This document shows, piece after piece, positions 24,425 to 45,757 of a DNA stretch of 64,000 bases. This DNA is from the human T2T-CHM13v2.0 reference genome, Homo sapiens. The stretch is from NCBI RefSeq assembly GCF_009914755.1, contig NC_060946.1, one strand, 5' to 3'. How positions within the stretch are numbered: position 1 is the first letter of the stretch; each line of letters begins with the position of its first letter. The translations under genes were made by a program, and so were the position numbers. The notes below the pieces were generated by a model. It saw only the letters and a program-made list of their open reading frames with translations, did not search any database and was not told where the DNA came from.

Positions 24425-24639
24425 TGTAAGGTGGCTTGTTGGACGGACCCGAGTCACTGGTGTCACTAGTCCCTGAAATCACAGCATCTCCACTGCTCTG
24501 ACAATGACAGGTTTAGAGGTTAGGCCCCAGCCTGCTGGGTATGCATTTCCTTTAGTGCTGGAGATGGACTCAGAATGCGTATGTGACCCTATGTGGGCCA
24601 GCAATTGGCCAGTGCAAGATTGCTGGGGATTCTGGGACC

Positions 24640-28620
<3,981 letters not shown>

Positions 28621-28642
28621 ACCTTTTTTTGTTTGCTTGCCC

Positions 28643-28969
28643 TTTTTTTTTTTTTTTTTTTTTTGAGATAGAGTCTTGCCCTGTTGCCCAGGCTGGAGTG
28701 CAGAGGCATGATCTCAGCTCATTGCAACCTCTGCCTCCTGGTTCAAGCGATTCTCCTACCTCAGCTTCCCAAGTAGCTGGGGTTACAGGCATGCACCACC
28801 ATGCCTGTTTTCTGTTTGTTTGTTTTCTTTGTTTTGTTTTGTTTTTTGTATTTTTAGTAGATACTGGATTTCACTATAAGGCTGGTCTCGAACTCCTGAT
28901 CTCAAGTAATCCACCCGACTCGGCCTCCCAAAGTGCTGGGATAACAGGCATGAGCCACCATGCCTGGCC
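28643..28969 (-). mobile_element. AluS
   Basis: Reverse dimer with expanded (TTTG)n linker. Confidence 0.9.
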
Positions 28970-29169
28970 TGCTGCAAGCCTTTTAATGTCCAGAGCTATT
29001 TTTAAAAAGTTGATTTTTGAGTTTTTTCCCTTTTTTCATTGTTTTTTGTGGAGGGGTGAAATTTGTATTTCTTCATCCTCCATCTTCACTGATGTCCTTC
29101 CTTAGCTGGGTTTCTGATAGGGCAGACAAAAATGCCCCAACTCCTAAGACACTTATTTAGTTATAAGGA

Positions 29170-29292
29170 TGATGGTTTTCAAACTTTAGTGAACACAATT
29201 AACTAGGGGAGACTATTATAAATACACATTCCTAGGTCCCACCACAAATTCCAATGAGTTTGTCTGCGGCCTGGGAACCTGCATTTTGAAAG
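29170..29292. mobile_element. MER5-like hAT/Charlie MITE fragment
   Basis: TGGTTTTCAAACTTTAGTG...ATTCCTAGGTCCCACC...GGCCTGGGAACCTGCATTTT. Confidence 0.55.
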
Positions 29293-29998
29293 CACTGGAT
29301 TACAAGATCTAAAAGTAATGAACAAATTGAGAGGTTGAGAGGAGGAGAGGTTGTCTAAATATGTTAACTTCACATTGATTTCATACAATAGAGCCAAAAG
29401 AAACTACACAGTTGAGAAATCAAGATGTGGGTTGTATGCTTTAGAATTACGAAGGCAACCACTGTAAGAATTAGAAACAAAAATAGTTAAGACAGGCCAC
29501 CTTCAGGGAATGGAGTTGGAGTAAGACAGGGCAATTTTAAATTTTCTTTATAGTTTGAGCTTTCTTTCTCAAATACAGCTGTTATCTTTATAATAAAACA
29601 AACACAAAAATGACAAGAAAATCAGTAAAAGGGGACTATTGGCCAACAATTCTGTCTTCCCTTCCCAGTGCCTCTGCCAGTGTACTCATCCATCCACCAG
29701 CAGCTATGGCCCAGGGGCGTGCAGCCTGGCTCCTCAGAATGGCACATGGAGCTGGGCTCCTCCCAGGAGCCACATTCCTTCCCACCTCCCCCCAGAGGCA
29801 GGCATGGGCAACTGAATGCAAACAAGATGAAGAGGAAGGACACTGTAAACTAAACAATTGTTAGCTTCCAGACGCAGCCACAACCTGGAGTCACAGAGCC
29901 CTCCTGGACTCAGGGCCAAAAGAGACCTACACAAGGTCACATAGTGACCCAGTCCTTCCCAGAACCAGTAGTCTTTGGAGCTTAAAAACATAAGCATA

Positions 29999-30380
<382 letters not shown>

Positions 30381-31831
30381 TCAGAGGTCTGGGCAGAAGG
30401 GCTGCCCAGCAGGAACCAGAGGTCTGGAACAACCAAGTGGGGATGGCTGATTCTGAGGGAGGGATGGGCATGTGACAGTGTGCCCTCTGAACTGTGGGGG
30501 AATGTGGCTCCCCCGACCCCTGGGCTCTGGGGGGCTGTTTTCTGGGTGAAGGTGATCCAGACTGTTCAGGCCAAAGCCCCAGTGCCAGAGACTCATTGTC
30601 CCTCCCACGGTGGAGATGTTCCTCTCTCAAGGTGTCCTGCATTAGCATGGGACGTTCTCCTCCACTCCACCGTGCCTGGAATCCATGTGGGCAAGGATGA
30701 GGAGGGAAGCAGCTGTTAGTGGGAAGTGAGGCTGTGGGACTCCAGCGTTCTGGACAGTCCCAGCCCGAGGTGACACTACTCTGATGTGCTGAGTGGCTGA
30801 CTTGGTAGGGAGTTAGTGTTTGGAGGTTTTCTCACAATTCCATGAGAATCCAGGGCAGGCCATGATAGTGGGGAAGGCTTTCACATGACGCAGCACTGGA
30901 GCTGGACCTGCTGGCTGGGCAAGCTTCAGACACAGGAGGGTGGTGGCATATCCTTTGCTGTAACAGGCAGAAAATATAATGATGTGACATGCCCCACCTG
31001 GGCCCATCTTGCCTCTGGCCCTGCAGGCCTTCTGAAACCAGCTCTAGGAGGCCCAGGGAACCCCACAGGCAACACCAGATTTGACCCCACCAAGGAGGCC
31101 ATGACAGGTCCCAGTCCACAAGATGAACACTATGCTCTTTAAAAAGAACTCCTGTCTTAGTTGGTGTTAGTTCCCAGCCAGTGAAGTCACAATGATGGTA
31201 GCAACAGGTACCATCACCTGGCACCTGCTGAGTGCCAGGCATGGTTCCCAGGGATGCACACACACAACGCTACCCCGCAGCCCCAGCCATCCATGTACCC
31301 CTGTGGAAAGGAAGGCACAGAGACACATCACGGGACTTGAGAGTGGCAGAGTCAGGATCTAGGCGGGCAGTCAGCTCCAGTGGGGGTTCACAGCCCCTCG
31401 CTACTCTGCCGTTACCTTCATCCATGACAATGTGACCAGTCATCTCTGCAGCTGCAGGGGCCAGTAAAGTGCGAGACTCCTAATTCCAGTGCATATTTGC
31501 TGAATGAGAGAATGAAAATGTGTACCCACATACCTCAGGTACCTACAACAGACTGTCATTATAACTGCAAGAGACAGAGTGAAATTAATAGACACCGACA
31601 TGTCCTCAGCAATTCCAACAAAACAAATAGTGACAAGTACCCAAGTTAGTATGACCTACTAGTCTCCAAATCATAGTAACTGGTGGTCAAAATGAAGAGG
31701 CAGGACATTCCACAACAGTGTGGACGCACCAAAGGAATGGGCAAAAACACACACCTCCTTCTTCTCAAAAGTATGTGTACTGGTTTTCTATGGCTGACAT
31801 ACAAATTATCATAAATTTAGCAACTTAATAC

Positions 31832-31967
31832 ATCCTAGCACTTTGGGAGGCCAAGGTGGGAGGATCACTTGAGCCCAGCAATTCGAGGCTGCAGTGAGCT
31901 ATGGTCAAGCCACTACACTCTAGTCTGGGCGACAGAGTGAGATGTTGTCTCTAACAACAACAACAAA
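31832..31967 (+). mobile_element. Alu monomer (FLAM/FRAM-like)
   Basis: Single monomer with (CAA)n tail. Confidence 0.8.
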
Positions 31968-32280
31968 GCCCAGTTCGGGTGGTAAAGGTGGCATTTCATA
32001 GCGATGGGATGGTGCAGGGTGATCCTGGCAGGGCAGGTGATGAGAGTGTGGAGGCAGAGCCTGGGAAACCTCCATGTCAATATGATCACAGAAACAAGGA
32101 GCGCTCCATCGCAACTGGGGCAAAGTAGAAAACGCACTGAGGGACTGACCTGATGAAGGTGGAGGGTGCGAAATGCAATCCAAAGTAAAGAAGAGATGAG
32201 GGTGCAGAAAATTATGGGCAAGAAACAATGCTCTCAGGTTCTAGATTTGTGGTCTTAATTGAATCACAATTTGGAGAGGC

Positions 32281-32582
32281 TTATTTTGTTTTTATTTTTT
32301 TGAGATAGTCTCGCTCTGTCGCCTTGGCTAGAGTGCAATGGTGCCATCTAAGCTCACTGCTACCTCTGCCTCCCTGGTTCAAGCAATTCTCCTGCCTCAG
32401 CCCCCTGAGTAGCTGGGATTACAGGCATGCATCACCACGCCCAGCTAATTTTTGTATTTTTAATAGAGATGGGGTTTTACTATGTTGGCCAGGCTGGTCT
32501 TGAACTCCTGACCTCAGATGATCCACCCGCCTTGGCCTCCCAAAGTGCTAGGATTACAGGCATGAACCACTGTGCCTGGCCG
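32281..32582 (-). mobile_element. AluSx-like
   Basis: TSD GGAGAG(G/T)CTTA. Confidence 0.93.
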
Positions 32583-32622
32583 GAGAGTCTTAATTTATAA
32601 ACTTTAAAACTTCAGAACACTA

Positions 32623-32965
<343 letters not shown>

Positions 32966-33069
32966 TTTGTTTTGTTGAACCATGGTCTAGAGAATTATTA
33001 ATAGTAAAGAAAATAGAAGTAAAAACTTATTTTTAATAATTGCTCATTTTTGTTTTCTAAATATAACTC

Positions 33070-34027
<958 letters not shown>

Positions 34028-35176
34028 CTAAAGATTGTTCCCAGGACAAGTTTAGGGCAAATGTTCCACAAACTACTACATGTAAGCACATGTGTGATTA
34101 CGACTGAACTTTCACCTGATTTGTGAGGCCCCAAAGTAGCCTCAGAAGGAAAGAGCCAGGCCCCTCAAACTGCGGGGAGGTGAGTATTCCACGCTCACCT
34201 GGGCCAGCTCCTCCTCCTGCAGCTCAAGGGCTCAGCCTGGTGGGGTGCTGTTCCCCAGGGCGCTAAGGAGGAGCCAGTTTCTGTCTCACATGGGTTGATG
34301 GCCATGCAGCTTGATTTCCTCTCTGAGTCAAAGGAATCTTGTCAGGGCCAGGCCCGCAGCTGCCCTCCTGTCTTGGAAAACTAAGAACTGCACCCCACCC
34401 CTGCAAGTCTGTCCATAGCCCCGGCAATGCCACGTGCTGCCTTCCTTTTCTGCATACTGGTCTTGGCCACCTGCCATCACCATGTGGCCCCAGTCACCTT
34501 CCATCACCATGTGGCTTCTCCTATGCCCTGGTCCTTGCCCCTGAGGCATTTAAGCACATCTCCACACCCGCTCAACACTGCAGTGCAGCCATTGCTGTGT
34601 GCTTCTGATCTCGGTGAGTTCGCATGCTCAAGAAGTCTTTGGCACAGAGTTTACGACCTCAGGCTCTCCAGTTCAATGGGCCTAGGTTCATCCCAGACCT
34701 GTTCTATTTACTAGCTAAGTGCAGTTGTCTTAACCTCAGTGAGCTCATCTAGTTATATACAGAATGGTGATGGCAATACCTACCTTATAACATTGGACTG
34801 ATCCACCCAACAAGCATACCTTGGGCACCTTCCAGTGTTCTCTGTGTGGGGGTACAGCTGAACTGCCACAGGGTGACAAAGGAACTAGAGCTGGGGTTGG
34901 GGGTGGGGGCTGCTGGGGCTGGCCCAGGCAGGACCTTCAGTGCCTGGCTAGGAGCCTTGGACTCTGTCCTCAGAGCAGTGGGAACCCACCGGAGGGCTTC
35001 CGTTGCAGGGTGGGAAGGGTGATGGGGTATGCCAGACTCATCCAAACAAAGCCACAGTCTTTGGGGAGGGGGCAGCAACTGGAGGCAGGGGGACTGCACA
35101 GGCAGCTATTTGCAAGGATTCTGCAGGCAAAAGTAGTGTGGGGGGAAATTGGGGATGAACTTGAAACTTAGGTGAT

Positions 35177-35782
35177 GGGTGGGGATGTAAATTCATTCAA
35201 CCTTTATGGAAAACACTAGGAAGATTTCTCAAAGAACTGAAAATAGAACTACCATTCGATCTGGCAATCCCGTTGCTGGGTATCTAAAGGAAAAGAAATC
35301 ATTACGTCAAAAAGACACCTGTATTTGTATGTTTACTGCAGCACTATTCACAATAGCAAAGACAAAGAATCAGCTTGAGTGTCCATGGATGGAAGAATGA
35401 AGAAAGAAAACATGGTATATATACACAATGGAATACTATTTGGACATAAAAAAGAATAAAATCATATCTTTTGCAGCAGCATGGATGAAACTGGAGGCCA
35501 TTATCTTAAGTGAAACAAGCTGGACACAGAAAGACAAATACCACAGGTTCTCACTTGTAAGTGGGAGCTAAATAACATGTACATAAGGACTTAGAGTGTG
35601 AAATGATAGACAATGGAGACTTTGAAGGGTGAGGGGTGGGAGAGGGGTGGCTGGTGAGAAGTTACTTAATGGGTACAGATATTTGGGTGTTGGATACCCT
35701 AAAAGTCCACACTTCACCAATATACAATCTATGGATGTAACAAAACTGCACCTATACCCCATAAATTCATACAAATAAAAAA
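35177..35782 (+). mobile_element. 5'-truncated L1PB/L1MA-like 3' end inserted into L2
   Basis: TSD GAAA(C/T)TTAGGTGAT at 35163 and 35783; typical L1 3' text; flanks are L2-like. Confidence 0.88.
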
Positions 35783-36085
35783 GAAATTTAGGTGATAAGA
35801 GCTATGGGCCTTGGTTACCAGTTCTGTGCATGTGCATGAGTGTGTGACTTGTGGCATCACACGGTGTCAGGGAGCCGATCGGGGCACTGGGAGAGGTGAT
35901 AAACTAGAATTTGGAAATGCTGAATTCGAGGTGCCTGTGAGGTAGCAAGTGAGGAAGTCCAGTAGGCAGTGGGCTAGACATCTGGAATTTAGGAGAGATC
36001 TTAATGGAAGAAAAAGATTTGGGAATTAGGGTTTTCGGGGGGTAATTGGCAGAGAATTGAGGGAGGAGATGGTGTGGGGTATCTT

Positions 36086-37355
<1,270 letters not shown>

Positions 37356-37849
37356 GAGTCTGTATTTTATTAACTGCAATGGCATCTATATATATTTGGA
37401 AAATACAGTACTGTGTCCACATGCTCTGTGGAAGCTCTGTTATACTAATTTAATGATAAATGCAAATTACTGAGCTATCTCATCTCAGGAGGTATAAATT
37501 ACTTTCTCTAATTGCTACCTTCAATGAATCTCTGTCAAATTTCCCATATTTCCCTTAACAATACTTTGGGCAGATCCCGTAAGTTCCCAAGCAGTTATTC
37601 AAAGTCCAGCTAGTTCAATCTCAAATACAGGGTAAGCCTTTGCCCACTCCCATCACCATGTGGGTTTATGGCTTAGGACTCTTTAAGAGAACAGGTGGGA
37701 TGTGCTGCCTCTGAATTCCCACCACTCTCCTTAGGGTCTCCCTTCTCTGATGTCAGGTCATGGAGAATGAATTAGGGAAAACGGCAAAAGTCTTTCCACG
37801 TACAGGGTACACTGGCCGTATTTTTCTCAGGCTAACACTAATTTAATTT

Positions 37850-39620
<1,771 letters not shown>

Positions 39621-39628
39621 AAATTATG

Positions 39629-39945
39629 TGTCTTAGTCTGTTTGTGCTGCTATAACAAAATACCTGAAACTGGATAATTTGTAAACAGCAAATTCATCAC
39701 TTACAGTTATAGAGGCTGGGAAGTCCAAGATCAAGGCACCTGCAGGTTTGGTGTCCAGTGATGGCTCGCTCTCTGCTTCCAAGATGGTGCCTTGTTGTGT
39801 CCTCTTGAGGAAATGAACACTGTGTACTCACGGTGAAAGAGATGGAAAGGCATAAAAGGGCTAGCTGGTTCCTTTGGGCCCTTTTATAAGGGCACTAATC
39901 TATTCATGAAGTTGGAGTCCTCATGATCTAATCCCTCCCTAAAGT
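39629..39945. mobile_element. MST/MLT1A-like MaLR LTR (partial)
   Basis: TGTCTTAGTCTGTTTGTGCTGCTATAACAAAATACC...GAGGCTGGGAAGTCCAAGATCAAGG. Confidence 0.85.
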
Positions 39946-39965
39946 GTTAAAATCAGGTAACTTAA

Positions 39966-40320
<355 letters not shown>

Positions 40321-41059
40321 CCACTGACCTTCTTTCATGGGGAGTTCATGTAAGTTTTTCCAAAGGCTCTGCAGGGTATCTTCAGTATAGAGTGTTCTGA
40401 TATGGGAAACGAGCTCTAGCTCAACCTCCTTCACTCCCAACTCCAACTAGCTTTGCCATCAGTGTTACTCCCTATTGCTGTTTGCTCCACAGCCTCTTGC
40501 CTAGTGGATGTGGTCTGGCATTGGACAGCACAAGCAATGACAGGGAAGCCCCCTGAAGACCCTTGCCCAGAGGTCTCTGAGTTTTCTAGATTTCTTCAAA
40601 GCCAGGTATAAAGGCAGTCTAGCAAGCTCACACTGTCCAAGCAGACATCCAATCAGGGAAGATGCCAGCCTCTCTTTTTTAGGCATCTGAAGTCATTATG
40701 GTAACTCTCTTTGAGCTACACCCTGTTGGCTTTAGTAATAGCACCGCACCCTCCCTATTTCTGCACCCAGGAAGCTGCTTAGGGAAACTCTTACCCTTCC
40801 TCCCGCCCCATCCCTCCCCCGTTGTCCAGTTATGTAAGCCTGAGGGTAGGGTGGTGGTGGTTCAGAATGGCAGGGCTGGCTCTTCAGCCCTCTAACAATA
40901 AGCTCTGGGTGCTGCCATGTTGTGCTGCCTTTACAGTGTGGGATACTGAATGCCTCTGGGTACTCACCTTTGTGCCCTGACTCACTAATTCCAGGGTAAC
41001 AGGAAAAGGCTCATTAAACGTCCCGTTACACACAGCTCTAATAAAAACAGCAATAATAA

Positions 41060-41280
41060 CATCAAAACACTCACATAGTGCTTGCCAGGCACCAGTCTCT
41101 TTCTCTACTTATGTTAACTCATTTCCTCTTCACAACAACCCACCCCATTAAGCAGGATCAGTAACCCCTTTGCACAGCTGAGGAAACTGAGACATAGAGG
41201 AGGTAAACTGCCCAAGGTCACAGGGACAGAGAGCCAGAGAGCTGCAATCCAATCGAGGGAGTTTGGCTGGAGTCCACGCT
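41060..41280. mobile_element. MIR
   Basis: MIR core CAGCTGAGGAAACTGAGACATAGAG...TGCCCAAGGTCACA. Confidence 0.8.
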
Positions 41281-41329
41281 GCGCTGCTTTCCACATAGGA
41301 GAGGCAGAGAAAAGCTGCACCTGCAAGAG

Positions 41330-42210
41330 CGATGGTTTCGGCTGCGTATTTGGAATAACGAAGTCAGCGGTCAGGAGCAAGGAGAAGGCACACATCTCGG
41401 GCCTCATTTCTGTCCCCGAGCGCTCCCCCACACTGCGAGATCATGGCGGTGGAGGGGAGTCCCGCATCCTGACCCCCGGCCGCCGCGCACTGGGGGGCCC
41501 TCAACCTCTGGGTTACTTGGGGGCACGCAGTAGCCACCCACGGGGCAGAAAAGACGGGGGCGGTCAACTTTCTCCACTCCAGCCGCCTGGGGTCCCGCCA
41601 TCCCTCAGCCAGGACGCTTGGCAGCCGCCTCTAGGCTAGGTGGCCACGAGTTGCGTGCGAGAGCGAGGGCTGCGCATGTGCGAGGCGTGCGTGGTGCGTG
41701 TGTGGCGCCGCGGGCTTCCGCTCCGACGTGGGGATCACTAGACAGCAACTGCCCCCCAAGTTCTCGTATCAGCTGCGGGAAGGAGAGAATGGTTCTAGTC
41801 AACCGAGAGTGGAAGGAGACCAAATTTCAGCAAATGCACGGACTTGAGTCCTCATGAGCAGGGTGGCCATGGTGCGGAAGCAGCTGGCACGGCCCCCTCA
41901 ACCCCGGACCCCTGGGGTCCTCACTGCCGACCCGCGCATTCAGTGCTGCGCATAAATAAGATTTCCAATTAGAAGGCCTAGGTCCCAGCTCTGCCCCACA
42001 GCGTGGCTTTGGGCCAGGCACGTCATAGCCCTGGAACTCTTTCTTCCCATTGTTGAGATGAAGAGGGTGCACGATATGTTCGACGCAGCAAGGTTAAATG
42101 GAAGGAAACGGGGCGGCCGCTTAATGACTGGTTGCACGCGCTTGCGTTGGGTGCTGCAGCCTGGTGCCAGGAAGGTGGGGCAGGGACCTTGTGGTGTAAG
42201 GAGTGGCGGT
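41330..42210. promoter_or_regulatory. CpG-island-like promoter (gene not identified)
   Basis: Only non-Alu CpG-dense segment in the window; NRF1-like TGCGCATGTGCG (41671), ETS-like CTTCCG (~41715) and GCGGAAG (~41874), YY1-like CATGGCG (~41442), GC boxes; no TATA. Confidence 0.75.
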
Positions 42211-42279
42211 GAAAGTGCCTGGGGTCAGAGAGGAGAGGCAGGGGATGAGTTCTGAGTGGGAGGAGGGGGCAGCTCAGGT

Positions 42280-43700
42280 TTCGTCAAGTAGATGACCTCT
42301 GAACCAGAACTTGAAGGATAAGACGGGAGATGGCCGAGACGAGAGATGGCCCTAGGAGCATCCTGGCACAGCAGGTGCCTGAAAGCCTGCATAGGGCATA
42401 GATGTGTCTAGAGAGTTCTGGGAATGATCGCTAGAGCGGTGTTGGGCTCGTAGGGAGGCAAGAGGTGGGCTTGGAGCGGGAGGTGGGAAAGGCATGGGGA
42501 GTGTCTTGAAAGCCCCCTTCATCTGCAGGTCCTGAAACGCTGCAGAGGGTCTTTAGGCGTGGAATTTACATAAGATGTGTGTTTCAGTAAAGTGACTTAC
42601 AGGAACCAGACAGGAATTGTAATTATACAAAGGGGATTTCGGAGGAAGGAAGTTAGTCTCAGTCCAGGGAATAATGAGGGCCTGAGCTCAGGAGTGCAGT
42701 GGGGAGGGAGAAAGAAGGATTCCAGAGAGATTTTGGGCAGAGTAATTGACAGGCTCCCGATTAGAGCAGAAACTAAGATGATGCCTAGGTTTGGAAAACT
42801 GGGTGAATTGAATCATTAAGACACTGAAGTGTCCACCAAGTGCAGACCTTGTGCCAGGCACTCAGCATCCAAAGATCAAAAAAGACCTAGTCTCTGCCCT
42901 CAGGTGCTTCTACTTGAATAGGGCAGGTGGACACATAACTAGGTAATTGTATCTATACCCTGTGATGTTGAGGATTACAGCTGTCCCTGCCTGACCTGGA
43001 CCTAGGGGTGAGGGCAGGGGGGCTTCCTAGAGAAGTGGGACCTGAGCTTGGCAGAAATGGGAGTTCACAGGCAGTGTGAGATGGGTCCCCTAGGTACAGT
43101 AGGAACGCAAGCAGGAAGGCCAGGGAGTTTGTGATGTGTTTGGAGAACTAGAAGCAGATGCTGGAGTGTAAAACCGGAGCTTGACTTTTATTCTCTAGAG
43201 GGTGGGGAGCCATTGCAGAGCCTTAGGCAGAGAAGGGCCTGGTCAGATTTGGGTTTAGGGCAGCTTGCCCTGGTGCCTCGTGGAGAACGGTTGTAAAGGC
43301 GAGAAGCTAGGAGCGAGAGGTGGCTGTAGGAAGTGCTGGTGAAAGAGAGTGGAAGCTGGAGCTGACACAGGGAGTTCAGGAAGGAGAGTGGGCTGGGGGA
43401 TGGTGGGGTGGGGAAGTGCAGGATGAGGAGGGAGGGCTGAGGTGAGGTCAGTGCTGCACACCAGGTGCATGAGGCCTGGGGAGCATCTCCATGGAGGTAC
43501 CTAATGGCAATTTACTAGCCAAGTCATCTTGACCAGTTCACTTAGCCTTGGCGATTTGCCTCATATTGCAGAATGTGGATGACAAGACCTACCTCATAAT
43601 GTTGGAGTGATTCACTCAACGAGTATTTACTGAGTATCTGTTGGTGTTCTGGGTGCCAGGGATTCAGCTGGATGGCCTCAGCAGAAAATACACAGGAAAT
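42280..43700 (+). mobile_element. L2 and MIR fragments
   Basis: L2-type text (TGTGCCAGGCAC...GTCTCTGCCCTCAGG; GACTTTTATTCT...GGGAGCCATTG; CATTCACTCAACGAGTATTTACTGAG-like 3' end). Confidence 0.6.
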
Positions 43701-44138
43701 ATGGGTTGAGCTAAAAATCAAGGGCCCAATTAGAACAGATTTGACTATCATCCATATTAACACTCCCAGAAAAGAGGGAGATGAGCAGAGAGAGAGAGAG
43801 AGAGACTTTTCCAGTTGCAAGGCAAGAGTAGGCTGCAGGGTCACCTTGTGCTGGCTGGCAGGAGCCAGGGGCTGGCATGTATCCTGTTTGGCCAAACCAT
43901 CATTAAGTGGCAGTTCGAGAATAGGCCCTCTAAGCTCTTGCACTGGTGTCATAACATCTGGGGATTTCCTGTGTGTCAGTGTTTGTGTGGATAGAGGGAG
44001 CTGGTGGTAAGTGTTCAGCCAGGTGCATCCAAGATCCCAGGGTCTCATGGGAGGACCCAGGGCTGGAACTGGCCTCCTCATACCGCTGTACAGCTCTGCC
44101 TGGAGCCTGGAGCCTCCTCCTCTGCTGAGTGGTGCTCT

Positions 44139-44275
44139 CAGCACAAAATGAGTGTTATCAAAGGGGCATATATTCTGCACTCACTAGCTGCACAAGAGAA
44201 GAACAGCGGTTGTTGGTATGCCTTATAACTACTCTTCAGAATACACACCCCTTTGACAACATTCACTTTGTTCTC
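44139..44275. repeat. Imperfect inverted repeat (39-bp arms, 59-bp spacer); MITE-like hairpin
   Basis: 44139-44177 vs reverse complement of 44237-44275: 31/39 identical. Confidence 0.85.
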
Positions 44276-44451
44276 AACCATAAACAACCACACCCCTTGT
44301 TTATGGTTGAGAAGATGAAGGCCTGGTGGAATTAGCTTCTTGCCAGAGACTACACTGTGGCCAGAAGGACTCTGCCTTTTCCTTGGCTATCTGAGCTTCA
44401 TCTCAGAGGTGTTTAATTGCTCCAGCCAGATCCATGTGAATAGCAAATTAA

Positions 44452-44709
44452 GCCCACACAGTGGCTCATGCCTGTAATCCCAGCACTTTGGGAGGCCGAG
44501 GTAGGCGGATCACTTGAGGTCAGGAGTTTGAGACTAGCCTGGCCAATATATGAAACCCTGTCTCTACTAAAAACACAAAAAAATTAGCCAGGTGTGGTGG
44601 CACACGCCAGTAGTCCCAGCTACTGAAGCGGAAGCTACATCGAGTTGAGATCGTGCCACTGCACTCCAGCCTAGGTCACAGAGCGAGACTCCATCTTAAT
44701 AAATAAATA
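44452..44709 (+). mobile_element. AluS with right-arm internal deletion
   Basis: TSD AATAGCAAATTAA. Confidence 0.9.
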
Positions 44710-44929
44710 GCAAATTAATGTTTTAAGTGAAGTAACAATAACGGTTTACTCTGATTTAATTTACAAATAAACATGGAGTTTTTGTTTATAAATTTTCACC
44801 AAATTTAAAATCTTCAAAGGCTAATTAAAATAGTTAATATTTATTGAGTGCTTCATATGTATTTTCTCATTTGATTTTCACAACATCCCCATGAGTTAGA
44901 TATGATTATCATTGCCATTTTACTGAAAG

Positions 44930-45757
44930 TAAGGTTGGAGCAAGGTGGAGTAGGATGGAGTAAGGATGAGGTTAAGGGTGGAGTAAGGTTGGTATACGGT
45001 GGCTAAAGTTGGGGTAAGGTAAAATAAGGTTAGGGTAAGGTGGGATAAGGTTGAGGTAAGGCGGAGTAAGGTTGGGGTAAGGTGGGCTAAGATGAAGTAA
45101 GGTTTGGCAAAGTTGGGGTAAGGTTGGAGTAAGATGAGTAAGGGGGTAAGGTTGGAGTAAGCTTGGGGTAAAGTGGGGGTAAGCTTGGGGTAAGGTTGGA
45201 GTAAGGTTGGGGTAAAGTTGGAGTAAGGATGGGGTAAGGTGGGGTAAGGCTGGGATAAGATAGAGCAAGGTTGGGGTAAAGTGGGGTAATGTGGGGTAAG
45301 GCTGGGATAAGATAGAGAAAGGTTGGGGTAAAGTTGGAGTAAGGATGGGGTAAGGTGGGGTAAGGCTGGGATAAGATAGAGCAAGGTTGGGGTAAAGTGG
45401 GGTAAGCTTGGGGTAAGGTTGGAGTAAGGTTGGGGTAAAGTTGGAGTAAGGATGGGGTAAGGTGGGGTAAGGCTGGGATAAGATAGAGCAAGGTTGGGGT
45501 AAAGTGGGGTAATGTGGGGTAAGGCTGGGATAAGATAGAGAAAGGTTGGGGTAAAGTTGGAGTAAGGATGGGGTAAGGTGGGGTAAGGCTGGGATAAGAT
45601 AGAGCAAGGTTGGGGTAAAGTGGGGTAAGGTGGGATAATGCTGGGATAAGATAGAACAAGGTTGGGGTAAAGTGGGGTAAGGTTGGGGTAGGGTGGCCTA
45701 CAGTTGGAGTAAGGTGAGGTAAAGTTAGGGTAAGGCTGGGGTAAGGTGGAGGGTAAC
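44930..45757 (+). repeat. G-rich minisatellite, 10-11 bp unit GG(G/A)GTAAGGT(T), with 223-bp higher-order duplication, adjoining a MIR (44835-44930)
   Basis: Visible tandem array; marker GCTGGGATAAGATAGAG at 45249/45301/45365 recurs exactly 223 bp later at 45472/45524/45588. Confidence 0.97.

Noticed and set aside
24285-24472. Possible minus-strand exon in the 101-aa ORF
   Set aside because: Weak polypyrimidine tract, poor donor (GTTGCT), and no recognisable protein.
44920-45659. Long Pro/Leu/Tyr-rich ORFs (154-211 aa) on the minus strand
   Set aside because: All three frames are open simply because the minisatellite's C-rich strand lacks stop codons; not evidence of a protein.
44930-45757. 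Interstitial telomeric repeat
   Set aside because: The unit is GGGGTAAGGTT-like, not (TTAGGG)n; only an isolated TTAGGG or two.
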